Positions 24,010 through 38,045 of a stretch of DNA of 64,000 nt are shown here, one piece after another (the stretch's first letter is position 1; every line of letters starts with the position of its first letter). The notes beneath the pieces were generated by a model. That model did no database searches. It worked only from the letters and a program-made list of their open reading frames with translations, and had not been told where the DNA came from. Both the position numbers and the translations under genes were made by a program. The stretch comes from Octopus bimaculoides (lineage: Eukaryota): positions 6,546,008-6,610,007 of the forward strand of contig NC_068997.1 of NCBI RefSeq assembly GCF_001194135.2, in the 5' to 3' direction.

Positions 24010-24322
24010 GTGTGGTCAGTTGAAAACTTTGCATACTCTGGATACCAGAAGGTTTCTGGGGTCATCAGCAGAGAATGCACATCATCTTAGGGCCCTCCTC
24101 TCGAAACCTTTACAGCAGACCTAGTGTTTTGACTGATTAGTACTTGATCACAAATCCGTTTTGAGATTATCACCTCTCCAGCCAGGTCCCCTCTTCATTC
24201 CTTTTCAGCCATATCCAATGGCTGGCCCTCTCAACCGTTGCTAGGATCTCCTTCAAGATGTTGTTTGCTTGCCCATATCGGACACCAATTGACAGCAGTC
24301 ACTGTCTCAGTCTGGTCCTAAC
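24010..24322 (-). mobile_element. Hero-like (RLE) non-LTR retrotransposon 3' end
   Basis: LLSIGVRYGQANNILKEILATVERASHWIWLKRNEEGTWLER* (stop 24170-24172); the xExASxWxWxKR C-terminal motif is recalled from Hero elements. Confidence 0.65.
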
Positions 24323-24743
24323 AAAATTCTTTTATTGGTTGTTCTATTTTTACTACTGCTACCACCACCACCATGTCTGCTGCTGCCTCCCATTGTCTCT
24401 GTACTCCGGTAGCTTCACTTCTTTGAGCTGACTAATTTTCTGACTCGCTGTATACAATGCCAGAAGAAAACAGAAGGAAAGAAAGAGAAAGTGAAATACA
24501 AGCAACTGACCAACTATGACCACCCAACCTCTATAAGAAGAAACAAAATATTATAACCCTGGAATTTATATGTACCCCAACCAACAACTTCACCACAAAC
24601 TAAATGCAGTGGAATTGCATCAGTGACCAAGTTGCAGTTGGTACAAAGAAAAATTTGGTAGGGAATAATAAATGTTTAAATGAAGTTAATAGTCTTTGTG
24701 TGGTTTTGAATGGCTTTTATTGTTGCTTACATGCTGCAATTGT

Positions 24744-24778
<35 letters not shown>

Positions 24779-27700
24779 TTGTAGAAACTCTGCCAGATCA
24801 GACTGGAGCCTGGTGTTGCCATCTGGTTTCACCAGTCCTCAGTCAAATCGTCCAACCCATGCTAGCATGGAAAGCGGACATTAAACGACAATGATGACGA
24901 TGATGATACACATCCGCACCTTATTTATTGGTGAGCAACAGTGCCATTAGCTACAGGTTTCCAAAGAGCCAATGATTGGTTCCCTGTTTCTTTGAAGGTG
25001 AGAGTGATAAGTATCTGTAAGTCAGTGCAGAATAACAAGAACAAGGAATTGGATTATAAAAAAAAGCACCTGGAGTTTATATTTCTACTTCAATACATTG
25101 GTGAAAGACAGGCTTAAGCTTAGTTTCTTTTCACTTAACCAGGTACCATGCAAAGGGACTGAACCAAGAACCACAAGAGTGCAAAGAGACCTTATTACTT
25201 GGAGAAGTAAGGTGACCTACACTGCTATCAGTTATAATATTAACCAATTCTTGTATGGGTTGCATGGGTCTGTAAATGTTATCCTTTGATGCCTCTCACT
25301 GCAGTATTATCAAAGTTTTGAGAGCCACAGTTTTAAGTGGGTCTATGCACTTTTACTCTTGATACATTTAACTGACAATTGAAGATATTTCTTTAGCCAA
25401 AATAAATCAGCCAACACCTCCAAGCATAGCCATCTCTTTTGCCTATAACAGTGATGCCATAATCATATGTTGTAAGTTAATATTGTACATTCAAAGGATC
25501 AACTGGAACCTGTCCCTCTTCACTCAAACTGCCACACACTGTTATACTTCTTAATATCACTATACAAAATGGAATAAATTGCTTTGTCTTGAGGTAAAGA
25601 AGCCGAACGTTTTGAGCAGAACTCTTTAAGAGAGAGAGAATATCTATTGATTTCCAATTACCATTAATCAATTACAGGTCTGCTGAATCATGGCTGGCTT
25701 GACTAGAGATTGTTTTTAACATGGATCTACATCTATGATCTCAGCTTCCTTCAACTATCATTAGTTTGTTGTACACTTCTTCACAAATCCTAGTCCAAAG
25801 AATTTAATCAATCTTTCTTTTCCCAACTGCAACCGTCTCATAATCCATTCCAGTATTTCTTTTATTTTATTTTATTTTTTTTTTTTTGCAGAGATTGACT
25901 AACTGTTTCAATCTCACTTGTCTGTGAACATCTGCAAGAGTTTTGGCAGCACACCTTCTCCTTTACTAATAGAAACAACTTGCCAAGATCATAAAATATA
26001 TTCCCTTGGTCCAGTTAGTTATCCATCGTATGCAACCCGATCTTTAGCTTACAGCAATCTCATATAACAAGTCAATGTCTAGTCAGCTATTTATGTACAC
26101 ATTCAATCACACACAAACTAGAAAACTTTCACTCTAACCCTAACCCTAACATTCTCAGCACAAAACAACATTCATAGCCAGGTTTCTACTCCGAGTGATT
26201 TCCACCAGTAATTATGGAGGCATTGGAAAGGATTTGGTGATGCTGTCCTCCCTTTTCTTATTAAGCTGACCAAAAATAAGAAATACAAAAATCTCATTGT
26301 TTTAAGATCAATAAAAGGAATTGAGATATTTGGTTTCTGCCACATACTTCTCTTGTCTGATTAGAACTCTATTTGTGGTTTCACATCTCAGTAGAAATGT
26401 AACCTCATGACTCTTAAGCCTTTTTCCTTCATTACTTTTACCGTTAACTCTACTTCATTGTTATCGCTTCCTCCCACTTGAACACATCAGAATATAAGTA
26501 GTAACTGGTAAAGTTGATGCCACTTGAGTCATCAAAATAAAAAAAAACATTCAGCTTATGATCAAAACAGGAGTTTATAAATGACAAAACTGGTTTTAGG
26601 AGTGAACTCTAAATGAAAGTTATAAAACTGACAAAAACCAAATTAGGGAGAATTACTGAAACTATTTTAGATTCCATTTCACTTTGTGTTAGAAATGTTA
26701 TCGATCTCCTCTCGTGTCTGTTATAAACTGGGTTCAGAATTTTGAACAGAAGAATCCTGAAGGTCAGTTATTCTTGCCAGAAACCCGTTTTGTTTGTTAA
26801 CTAACACAATATAAGCAAGCTTAACAAATCAAATGGGTGTGACAGCATTAAGTGCAAGAGTAAAGACTTTAATAGCTGCCTGATCAGAGGAGTTGTTTAT
26901 AAAGTCCATATTGTTATAAAAACTTACACCAGAACTACAGAAAACAGCTTCAAAATGAGATTATATCTACACAAGAATACCTTTAAATATCTGGAAAATA
27001 AGTTTATGAAAACATTTATGGCAATTAAAAGAAACTGCTTTTGTCCTTTCAAAATCTGAAGGTCTGTCTTGGAAAAAGTAAACCCTTACAGGCATGTATC
27101 CTACTGTTATTCTATGAAAAGCCTGTTGTGCTTCAATGAAAAAAAATTTTTTATCCTGTTTCAAGACAAATCTACCTTAAACCATAAATCCAAACTCCAG
27201 AACTGTTGTAGGCATTTCTCAAAATTTCTTATTTTGAAACTTTTGTTATCAAACAAATTACTTTTATAAAGTTGCTGCTTCTCACCATTTTATTTGCTTG
27301 ATCATTTTTAGCATAACTTCAAATTTGTTGGATATTTTATTCATATCATCGTAATCCTGAAGTGTTTCTTTCTGTTATATTCATTTTATATAATTCTATA
27401 AATGGTGTTTGATTGGGTCCTTTTATCTTTTAATATGAACTTTTATCAACCAAGACACAAGTTATGCACATGTATATATTATCATTGTAATTTATAATAT
27501 TTTTTCACTCATTTTTTAAAAACTATTATCCCAACCTTGAATTGATTCAATCAATAAGATTATTTCTTGGACTACAATTGAATTACTCTAATCCAATGAA
27601 TTCACAGATGTGGTGCTTTTATCTCATTTTCTTTTCATTATTATAGAGAAGCAAACCTAAGCTGTTTTAAACTCATTTTTTCCTAAGTGACAAAATCTGA

Positions 27701-29990
27701 TCTGTTGCAATTCAATTCTAAAATTCTAAAACAGAGAAAGAAAGGAAGAAAAAAGTGCCAGACATTTCCTACCAATAATTTGCTCCACCAAGAATCTGAA
27801 GAATTAATAGCTTATTAATGAATTTATGATTAACTTAAAAGACAAAACAACAATAAAAAAAAAAAGAAAAGTGAGAAAATCTTTTACAAGGTATGAAAGT
27901 ATAACAACAGAAATTGTTCTCTCTTTCTTTCTTTTAATTGATCTTTTCTTTACACAGTTTGCAACAATTTACAAGGTGTTATCTACATAGTGTGGTTTGC
28001 TTTAATTAAATACCTACAGCAGGTAATATTAATGGCTATGGTGACATTAAACATGGTAGCTTAGGATTACATTACAAAAGCAGCACTGTCCACAGAGAAT
28101 GACTGTCATGTGGTCAAGAGTGTCGGGTTTGTCTGTCCATATATACCCCCTCCCTCCCCCCTGCCTCATCGCTCAATGTCATGGCACATGCATAGCCTTC
28201 CCTATCAAGCATTAAGCTGAAACCAGTTGTTAACATAACCTCCATTTGGTTGAGACTAGCCAGCAGCACAATGGGATCCACGCAAGATAAACAGAGTCCG
28301 TGGAATACAAGTGATGTAGTTATTGCTGTGATTGGGATATTTAAGCACACATGCTTCAAAAAAGCGATAAGAAGTTATGTCTCAGAAAGACATGGTAAAA
28401 TTCAAGGTTGAGTGTGAGTAGATGTGCAAACCAAAAGCAGTTTACAGACAAATTTGAATTCTTCAAGAAATAAATAACATTTTCAATGTAGACAATTCAA
28501 AAATGTGAATACTAAATCAAACAGGTTGGAAGAATAACTGTACAGAAGTCAGAAGTGTATTTTAGACACAAATAACCATCCAGCTGGCTTGTTAATGGCC
28601 AAGAAATATTAAAAATAGAAAGAATCTCAGCAACATTATTATTAGTAGAGTTTAGAATTTTACTTGAATTTTCCAGTTTCTAATTAGTAAATAGGAAAAT
28701 GTTATTTTCAAAATATTTCTATAAGACCACTGTAGCAGACTGTGTACATAGCACTGAAAGCCAGCAATTTATAGGTTAAAATTTGTTCTGCTGTTTTCTC
28801 AAATGATTCTTTCTACAAGATATTATACAGAAATACATACATTAAATACACCTGCAAATGCATGCCATATCTTGTCACCAATATATGGCTTCATTCAATC
28901 ACATTATTATAAGGTTCACATAAATTGATAAATTAATTTTGTATTCCTCATTGAAATTAATTTGAAAATTAATTCTAAAAAGAAAACAAACAAAAAGGTC
29001 AACTATGATGTTGTGAATTTGTTAAAACAATAAATGAGCTTAAAAAAAAAGAACAATTTTATAGCAATTAAAAAAAAAAAAAAAAAAAAACCTTTCTAAA
29101 ACATTACAGTTTGCTGAGTTTGTAGCAAATAGCAAGAGATGAGGAGCGCATTCACAGCACTTTCACAAATGATTCCACATGACATAAACTACAATCATAC
29201 TTAGTTCCTTTTACTGATGATTGAGTGAAAACAGTAAAAGATGCTATGAAATATAATAGTGTTTAGCTTTAAATCAGAGATCAGTTGTGTCATTAAAGCA
29301 AAAATCCCAAAAGGTTTTCATGTAACTTAAAACAAAATTTCTGCCGAAGGATTATTGTAAGGCGTAAGTAAAGAGTTAAAATGTAAAACGGAGTTAAGAA
29401 ACTAAAAATAAAAATAAAAAATTTCAAAAAAATTACAAGTTGGTTGTAGTTACTTGAAAATGTATAACATTATTGTATTTCAAGACATTAAAAAATTTTT
29501 TTTAAACTTGTAAGCTTATGAATGTAATTGAAGATGAGTGTACAAATAGTATGAGTGAGTACATATACATACATACCTATATATACACACATACTTACAA
29601 TGTATGTACATACATACATACAATATATATATAAAATCATCAGTGCAAATCAACTGATTAAATGGTTATTTAATAAGCAAAGATTAATAGAGATGATCTA
29701 ATGTGTTCCCTTCATTTTATCTTTGGATCTTTGACAGTAAAATAAAAAGCTACTGAATGCAATGTTTTAGAGTTTCTCTTTAATCATTTGGTGGTGGGGG
29801 TGGGGGCAAATAAAAAAATACATAGAATAGTTTCAAAAGTGGACAGAATTAAACATAAAATCTAAAATTCAGTTGCTGTGCTCAAAAACAAAATATAGTT
29901 TAGCATGGAAAAAAGAAAATCTATTTCTGAGATATATTTTCAACTGCTATTTATTAAGTGATTTTTCTAGATAAGACTCCTTTAACTTAA

Positions 29991-30191
29991 CCCTTTAGCA
30001 TCTGGCTAAAATATTCTCCCTGTTTTGTGTTGAAATTAACTAGATCTGACCTCTCACACCAACCCTATGATGTCATTATAAGAATAAAATAGAAACATAA
30101 CTGAAATCTTGAAACTACGAGATAATACATGATTAATTCAAAACAATGCGAATAAATAAGAATTACTGTTGATAATCGGAATGCTAAAGGG
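29991..30191. mobile_element. piggyBac-type MITE, family 1
   Basis: TIRs ccctttagcat / atgctaaaggg with TTAA on both sides (29987-29990, 30192-30195). Confidence 0.9.
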
Positions 30192-30809
30192 TTAAAAAAA
30201 TTCTTTTTAATTGGTAAAAAAAATCATTAATTAGAAATAATAATAATGGAAATCTTTGAATGTACGTCTGAAAGATTTTTTTCTTTTAATGTAACTGATA
30301 AGTAAATAATGATGATATTTTTGATGGATTAGGCAAAGAGTACTAAACAATTAGAGAAAAGTATGAATTTTTATTTTTTATTTAGAAAGATGATGAGTTT
30401 GGAAACATGGTGCTGAACACTGCTAAATCATAAACCTTGATATATATTAAAAAACAAAAAAAAACATAATAAATAAAATGGAATGTGAAAATTCATAGTT
30501 GCCACTACATCAGCTTAACAAGTGACTAGTTTTAGTGTGACTCCAGTTGGTTTGCTTTTAGCCTCAATTATGTTGAAAGAAATGTAAACTTTGATTTTAA
30601 GCTATTTAAATTCAGGGACCAATGTTGTTTGGGTCTATAAAAGAGCAGGAAATTTAAGAAAACAAACTTGAAAACCTGAGTAAAATTGAGTAACATATAA
30701 AACATCGTTAGTATTTGGGGGAAAAGAAAACAATTAGCAGCACAATACATAATTAGTTATTGAAACAGTAAGAACTAGACGTGTTTAAACAAAGTAATAA
30801 TATTAAAAG

Positions 30810-31303
30810 AAACAGTTCTGATGAAGATCTTTCAAAGCACAATTTATTAATGACTTTGTTGATTAATAAATCAGAATAGAAAGATTATTTGGTAGATTCT
30901 CTTTTCTAAAATCCTAACAGTTTCAAACCCCAAACAACAATCAAAATAAATTAGTTGTTGGTATCTGGAAGTGATTTTAGTCCATTTTAATAAAATTAAA
31001 TGAATAAATAGTAAAAAGTGAATTTAAGAGAGAAACAGGTTGCCTAAAAAGCTAAAAAAATAAAAAAGTAGAATAAAATTTTTTATTTTAATCCAAAGAA
31101 ATATCAACAAAAATTTTCGATATAAAGGTTTCTAATTTTAAATACAAATAATATGAAATTTCATTCAGAAGTAAAATAAATTATTAGATTATTATGAAAA
31201 ACAGTTTTGTAGAAAATCTTTCAAAGCATAATTTGATAATGAATTTGTTCACTAATAATTAAAAACAGAAATAGCATTTGAAATAGTCTCTTTTTAAAAT
31301 CCT
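30810..31303 (+). repeat. Diverged direct repeat of about 105 bp
   Basis: 30810-30915 and 31199-31303 share aaacagtt...atctttcaaagca.aattt...aatga.tttgtt...aaaatcct. Confidence 0.75.
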
Positions 31304-31523
31304 TTCTAATTAATTATCACCTTACTAAAATGTCAAACAAAGAAATACATGAAAAGTTATATTTAATTTTTTAAAATAATTTAATAACTCATTATTGATT
31401 TTAATTATTCTTCTAAATTCAAATTTCCGTTCGAAATGGTTGGCATAAGTTTATGTGTTATAACAGTGTTAAGATCCCTGAAGGCATGGCATCATATAAA
31501 ATATGTTTATTAAGGTATTTTAA

Positions 31524-31738
31524 CCCTTTCGTTACCAACCTGGTTGAAACCGGCTCTGGCTCTGAGTATAAATGTCTTCATAAGTTTTGAATTAAAATCT
31601 TCCACCAAACCTTGGTCACAATTTATGTTCCTAACACTAGCTTAATGATAACTAAGTTATTTTACTAAATTCTTTGTAATATTTCAAGTAATTGAAAGAA
31701 ACACAGAACATCTCAAAATATATACGGTAACGAAAGGG
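31524..31738. mobile_element. piggyBac-type MITE, family 2
   Basis: 13-bp perfect TIR ccctttcgttacc / ggtaacgaaaggg; TTAA on the left, TTCA on the right. Confidence 0.9.
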
Positions 31739-32399
31739 TTCAACAGACAAGAGATAATCAAATTCCAAGCAAACTTCTATTAGAGAATTACCAAAGTGTC
31801 TAAGAAACAGTTAAGGAAGCAATTTGATGGTGTATTGGTAACATTTTTATTACATAGAAGAGTTGAAATGGTGACAACAGAACTGTAGGGAATGTCACAT
31901 TAGCTTCAAGTTAAAGAAATAAACAGTGAAAGAAAGGAAGACATGTATTTGAAAGTTGGTCAAGCACCATTTAATCCAATTCCTCAGAAATGATGGCAAT
32001 GGAATTAAACAAAAGTGTCATTGAAACTAAAAGTCTGTTGATAATTGAAATTAATAATTACAGTGAATTAGCATAAGTTAGGTGTAAGTTAGGTGCAAGA
32101 CTGAAGTCAAACTAAAACCAATGATAAAAGGAGATGGTCGTAAACACTGACGACAATGAAGATGTACAAGGACTTTATTCAGTTTCATTTCATTCATCCA
32201 CAGCAAATGTATCAAAACAAAAACTTGATATTTCTAGAAACTGTCAAGTGTCACGGAAATATTTGTAAACACTAAATGGTCTGCAAAAACACATTTTAAC
32301 CTCTTTAGAGCAAAAAGTTACTTTGGATAAATACCAACAGTTGTTGCTTCATCTTCATATTTTTCATGGCACACACATATGTATACACCTAACAATTAT

Positions 32400-32620
32400 T
32401 TAGAATGAGAGTTAAAGAGGGAACCTCTATAAAGTTGCCTGCAAGAAATAGCAACAAAATCTCCCTCAGATCATACTCTTCTGTCTTCAATAACAAGAAG
32501 ACACATTAGCTAGTGTAGTCATCCAAACCCCTAAAAAGATGAAGTGGTCCCAGCTGGAATGCCTTTAATCATGGGTCTGCAGGATGTTAGGGGCTGACCT
32601 GGAGTTAATCAGCAACAACC
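32400..32620 (+). mobile_element. Retroposon family D with (AAC)n-type tail (ctagaaatagcagccaaatctccc...ggatggtcatggctggaatgcc)
   Basis: Further copies at about 1000-1110, 1790-1990, 4125-4250(-), 9325-9535(-), 13380-13580, 22270-22460, 56080-56280 and 61820-61990. Confidence 0.75.
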
Positions 32621-33599
32621 ATTTTTAAATATTCAATCATTATCTACCAATAGTAAACAACTAAAAGTGGAATTGTCTGCGAAAACGAGAGGTAATGGTA
32701 AACAACAACAGCTTGCAAAGAATTAGCTAATCATGTAAAATGAATATCAAAATGACGTGAGGAATAATTTACCAAGTTGTATAATGATAGTATTTCTGTA
32801 AATATTATTTGAGATAACTGACAAAATATTCAAGCATCTCGCTTTCCTTTGTACTGACAATAATATCAAATGATTTTGAAAAGTGTCTGTTGCTAATGTA
32901 GTGTTTTGATATCTAAGTTATTGAAGTGAAGAACTTGCACCCATGAATAGACTTATTTGAGGAAGAACACAGAAGACTAATCAGAAAACAATTCTACACC
33001 ACAAAATATACAATATCTGACAAACCAATTATTAGAATTATATAGAGCAGTTTGTGAGTTGGGATATATTTGGAGTTTTATGTTTTGAGACTAAGTCTTC
33101 ATTTGAAGATATTTATTTCTCTGAGATTGTGAATAACTGTCAAAGACATTGGTGATAGCTGCCAAAACTACCAAACATCAACTGAATTTCTGTTTGTATT
33201 AAAATCAAATAATTTTGAGAGTGTATCTTGCTGCTACAATGAAGATCAGGCAAAGGATCAGTTCCAAAACATTAAATTCCTCTTCCCCTTACATATACAA
33301 ATATATCCAAACTCATAAAATTTCACTGTAGCGTTTTGGCCAACTCAGACCACCACCAGGTGGGGGTGGGGGATAAATAAAAACAGAGTTTCTTGGATTC
33401 TGTTTGTTTATATTTCATTTAGTTCTCAATAATTTATAGAATAAATGGAGATGAAAGCATAGAAAACAGAAAGAATGGATTGCAACAGCATCAGGTGAAG
33501 AAAGTGAAATACTGTGTCAGTTTCATAGGATCCGCATTGAGGTTTTCAAAATGCTATTGTGTCGAGAAAATGTCCATCAGAGAAAAGTATCTTATATGA

Positions 33600-33655
33600 G
33601 AGAGAGGGGGGGGAGGGGGAGAGAAAGAGAGAGAGAGAGGGGGAGAGAGAGAGAG

Positions 33656-33689
<34 letters not shown>

Positions 33690-34483
33690 NNNNNNNNNNN
33701 NNNNNNNNNNNNNNNNNNNNNNNNNNNNNNNNNNNNNNNNNNNNNNNNNNNNNNNNNNNNNNNNNNNNNNNNNNNNNNNNNNNNNNNNNNNNNNNNNNNN
33801 NNNNNNNNNNNNNNNNNNNNNNNNNNNNNNNNNNNNNNNNNNNNNNNNNNNNNNNNNNNNNNNNNNNNNNNNNNNNNNNNNNNNNNNNNNNNNNNNNNNN
33901 NNNNNNNNNNNNNNNNNNNNNNNNNNNNNNNNNNNNNNNNNNNNNNNNNNNNNNNNNNNNNNNNNNNNNNNNNNNNNNNNNNNNNNNNNNNNNNNNNNNN
34001 NNNNNNNNNNNNNNNNNNNNNNNNNNNNNNNNNNNNNNNNNNNNNNNNNNNNNNNNNNNNNNNNNNNNNNNNNNNNNNNNNNNNNNNNNNNNNNNNNNNN
34101 NNNNNNNNNNNNNNNNNNNNNNNNNNNNNNNNNNNNNNNNNNNNNNNNNNNNNNNNNNNNNNNNNNNNNNNNNNNNNNNNNNNNNNNNNNNNNNNNNNNN
34201 NNNNNNNNNNNNNNNNNNNNNNNNNNNNNNNNNNNNNNNNNNNNNNNNNNNNNNNNNNNNNNNNNNNNNNNNNNNNNNNNNNNNNNNNNNNNNNNNNNNN
34301 NNNNNNNNNNNNNNNNNNNNNNNNNNNNNNNNNNNNNNNNNNNNNNNNNNNNNNNNNNNNNNNNNNNNNNNNNNNNNNNNNNNNNNNNNNNNNNNNNNNN
34401 NNNNNNNNNNNNNNNNNNNNNNNNNNNNNNNNNNNNNNNNNNNNNNNNNNNNNNNNNNNNNNNNNNNNNNNNNNNNNNNNNNN

Positions 34484-34543
<60 letters not shown>
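33600..34543. repeat. (AG)n microsatellite flanking gap 33690-34483
   Basis: Direct reading. Confidence 0.95.
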
Positions 34544-34548
<5 letters not shown>

Positions 34549-35343
34549 ATTGTAATTTGTATGAGAATGCGCTATAATTCTAAAGCTGAACAAATAACTG
34601 GGATCACAATCAATTAGAATATCCTTCTTTCTTTCTTTTTGCAGAAAAAAAACAAAACAAAAAAAACACATTAAATAACTGAAACAACTTGTGAACAGAA
34701 AGGAATGAATTAGAAGAGGCAGTACTATTCTTTCTATTAGTTTTAGTCTTTGGACTGTGGCCATGCTGGTACCGCACCTTCATGGGTTTTAGTCAATTCC
34801 ATTGACCACGTGTTACTTTATCCATTAATTATGGTATCAATGTGAGAAGGGATGAAAGGCAAAAATCTACCTGATTCCTAACATTAAATCTTTTTACTTC
34901 ATCAATTGATCAAATATAGAGAAATAATCTCCTTCAGGAAAAAATTTTAAAGTATGGTTAGCAACAAAACTTTCCCAGTAAACAGTTACTTTATCAACAA
35001 TATTCAGTATCTCACTTTAAACATAAATCATGGTAATTAATCTTCAGTTATCATTTTTTGCCAAAAACATAGCTACATTTATAATCAATTCACTTTTCCA
35101 GAAATAAAAATATCAATGAAGATATGACTTACTACTATTATTCCTGACATTAATATTAATTGCTAAGATAAAACAGAATTGTTATGATGAGGATGTTGAT
35201 GTAAAAAAAAAAAAGAAAAGAAAAAGAGATTTAAGATTTAAACTAACTACAAATTAAGTAAAAAAAATTTTCAGACACAAACTTATGTCAACTTTGCTTA
35301 AGTAATGCTGCAACAGGTTTTGTATTGTATGTGTGTGAGCATG

Positions 35344-35387
<44 letters not shown>

Positions 35388-37699
35388 CACATACGGACAA
35401 ACGTAGAGAGAGAGATGCTAAGGTTGGAGAAATATCGCAACAAAGATTTTCGGATATAAATACACTTTTCTGGCATCTACTCAGTGAAATAATTTTATCA
35501 GTTTTAGTGAAACAGATCTCATTTTGTTAACCTTTTTCAATCAAAGAAAAAGTTAATGTTGAAGAAGTTAGAAGAGAAATGAGAATTAGCATTAACGACT
35601 CAGTTTTGTGGGTAAAACATTGTGAAACATAAATGAATAAACTTTAATTGGTGGTAAATATTTAGAAAAAGTTTATAAATTAAAAGTCAAGAAAGATACA
35701 AAGCAAATGATATGACAAAACTGTATGAATTATTGGTACAATTGAATATAGTTTTTGAGTGGTCAAGAAGACAAAGTAAAACAGCAGCAGCAGAGAAAGC
35801 TGTTGTTTACATAAATTGAACTTGTTTCTCAAAGAAGCAAAAGATGACTTGGTTCCCAGAACTTTAAAATAACGGTATGATAGGAAAGAATTTTACTTTA
35901 GGAAAATAAAAATAAATTAATAAATAAATAAATAAAACTCTGGAGCAAATCTATAAGCTGCACATTGGTGAAGGAAATGGCAAGAGTATAGAATTGCAAC
36001 ATACCTGTTGTATGATGATAAGGCAAGTGTATATAAAAACTGATAAATAAAACTAAGGAGCAAGAACAGCTTGACTGTTGTAGAGAAAGGAAATCAGCTG
36101 AGACAAGGTGATTTTTATTATTTGTTTTTTTTTTTCATAGAAGAGAAGCTGAGAGCTGCCTCTTCCGTTTTTTTCAAACAACTAACAATAAAGACAAAAC
36201 AAACCTAAAACTGAACAGTATGGTTATTATAACATTTGGAATGGCTATCATTAGTTTAGTATGGAAGCAAGCTTGGGTTTGAAACAAGAATTAGGTCCAT
36301 TTGAACATCATTTATACATGCATTCATATTAGTATACTCGCATACACACAGATATGCTCTCCTTTTCTCTTTCTCTCTCTCTCTTACACAGAGAAATGCT
36401 AGACTCAGGCTGCAGTACAAGCTACAATATAAAAGGGAAGGTAGTTATGTGTTAAGAAGATGGGACAGAGTGCATTGCTAAAGAAACGTAAGAACTAACT
36501 GCTTGCAGATGAGATAGGGGCACCATAATACTGTTGGAATGATATTTGTGGCATTCCAAATGAATAACTGAGATCAAAATTTGTGAACAAATATTTAATG
36601 GAGGCAAGATAACTTAAATATTTTAACATTTTGTTTTTGTTTCCNNNNNNNNNNNNNNNNNNNNNNNNNNNNNNNNNNNNNNNNNNNNNNNNNNNNNNNN
36701 NNNNNNNNNNNNNNNNNNNNNNNNNNNNNNNNNNNNNNNNNNNNNNNNNNNNNNNNNNNNNNNNNNNNNNNNNNNNNNNNNNNNNNNNNNNNNNNNNNNN
36801 NNNNNNNNNNNNNNNNNNNNNNNNNNNNNNNNNNNNNNNNNNNATTTCCCATGTATTGTAAACAGAACACACTATAACTTCTCAATGATTTAATCATAAA
36901 CCACTAATAAACATCTTGGAAATGAAATAGACTTTGGACTGAAGTCTATGACAATTTGAAAACCCTGAAACAGAATGGAATTCTTGAAATAAATAAGAAT
37001 GGAAATCAAGAGAAATGTTGAGCTGACTAGAAAATAGCAGGAATTGGAATGATGTGATGTTGGCCACTTGAGACTAACGTATCACATTATTATGCAAATA
37101 TTAATGACAAGAGATGTACAATTATGTTTATATTTCCTAAACTGTGTTAATAATAATATATATAAAAACAAGAATTAAAAAAAAAAAATACAGAATTCTT
37201 TTTTAATTTACTTTAAAATGAAAATATTACACACTAAGACTGGAAACAATTTCCCATCAGAATACTAAAGACAATCAAGTACATTTTTTTTTACAATTAA
37301 CATAAGGACAATAAACGAGAGAAATAATGGATGAGTTATCAATTTTTTAGATCTGAGAACCAGAGTTAGGTGTTGTTAGGCAACGTAAGTGAAGTGCTAG
37401 TTGGCAGAGTAGAACCAGTAGCAACGGTCAAGAAGAAATAGTATATCTTTTTGATTCCAACTTTTCTTTGCTTCATTTTTTCTTTCTTTTTTTGCTTTTT
37501 TGAATTTATTTTTAACAAACAATGGTAGCAGCAGCAGCAGCAGCAGATGTGACAGTGTTAAGTGAAAATGTCTCAGGAAGAAATAGGCAACCAGCCAATG
37601 GACAAAGCAGTTAAAATAGATTCAGAATAGATTCATGGACAAGGAAGCTATATTGAACTGTAGACCTGCACACACCAAGCAGACTGACAGACATAACCA

Positions 37700-37839
37700 T
37701 TGTAATAATAATAATAATAGTAACAATAATAGTAATAATAATAATAGGAGGAGGAGGAGGAGGAAGAGGAGGGAGAAGGAAGAGTTGTTTTAGTAATAGT
37801 AGCAGCAGCAATAATATTCCTAGTAGAAGTAGTAGTAGA

Positions 37840-37885
<46 letters not shown>

Positions 37886-38014
37886 GGAGTAGTAGTAGTA
37901 GAGCAGCAGCAGCAGTAACTGTAAATGATCAAAATCAGTCAAAGCTTTTAATGTCAATCAGTGCACTGCAGCCAGGACTGCATTACCTATTATTATTATT
38001 AGTATTACTATTAC

Positions 38015-38045
<31 letters not shown>
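37700..38045. repeat. Compound trinucleotide microsatellite (TAA/GAG/TAG/CAG/TTA)
   Basis: Direct reading; this is the source of the poly-N/S/Y/P ORFs in the track. Confidence 0.95.

Noticed and set aside
25590-25640. Remnant of a second minimal hammerhead (gagt-tct-gctc-aaaacgtt on the minus strand)
   Set aside because: The CUGANGA strand is absent and G12 is mutated. At most a dead PLE-like remnant.
26134-26150. Telomeric (TAACCC)n tract
   Set aside because: Fewer than three units. Too short to call an interstitial telomere.
29205-29245. ctgatga-ttgagt-gaaa motif
   Set aside because: No helix II. It is just the loop of a 9-bp inverted repeat, compatible with chance in AT-rich DNA.
37611-37932. 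Poly-Asn/Ser/Tyr/Pro ORFs
   Set aside because: Translations of a compound trinucleotide microsatellite, with no splice or homology support.
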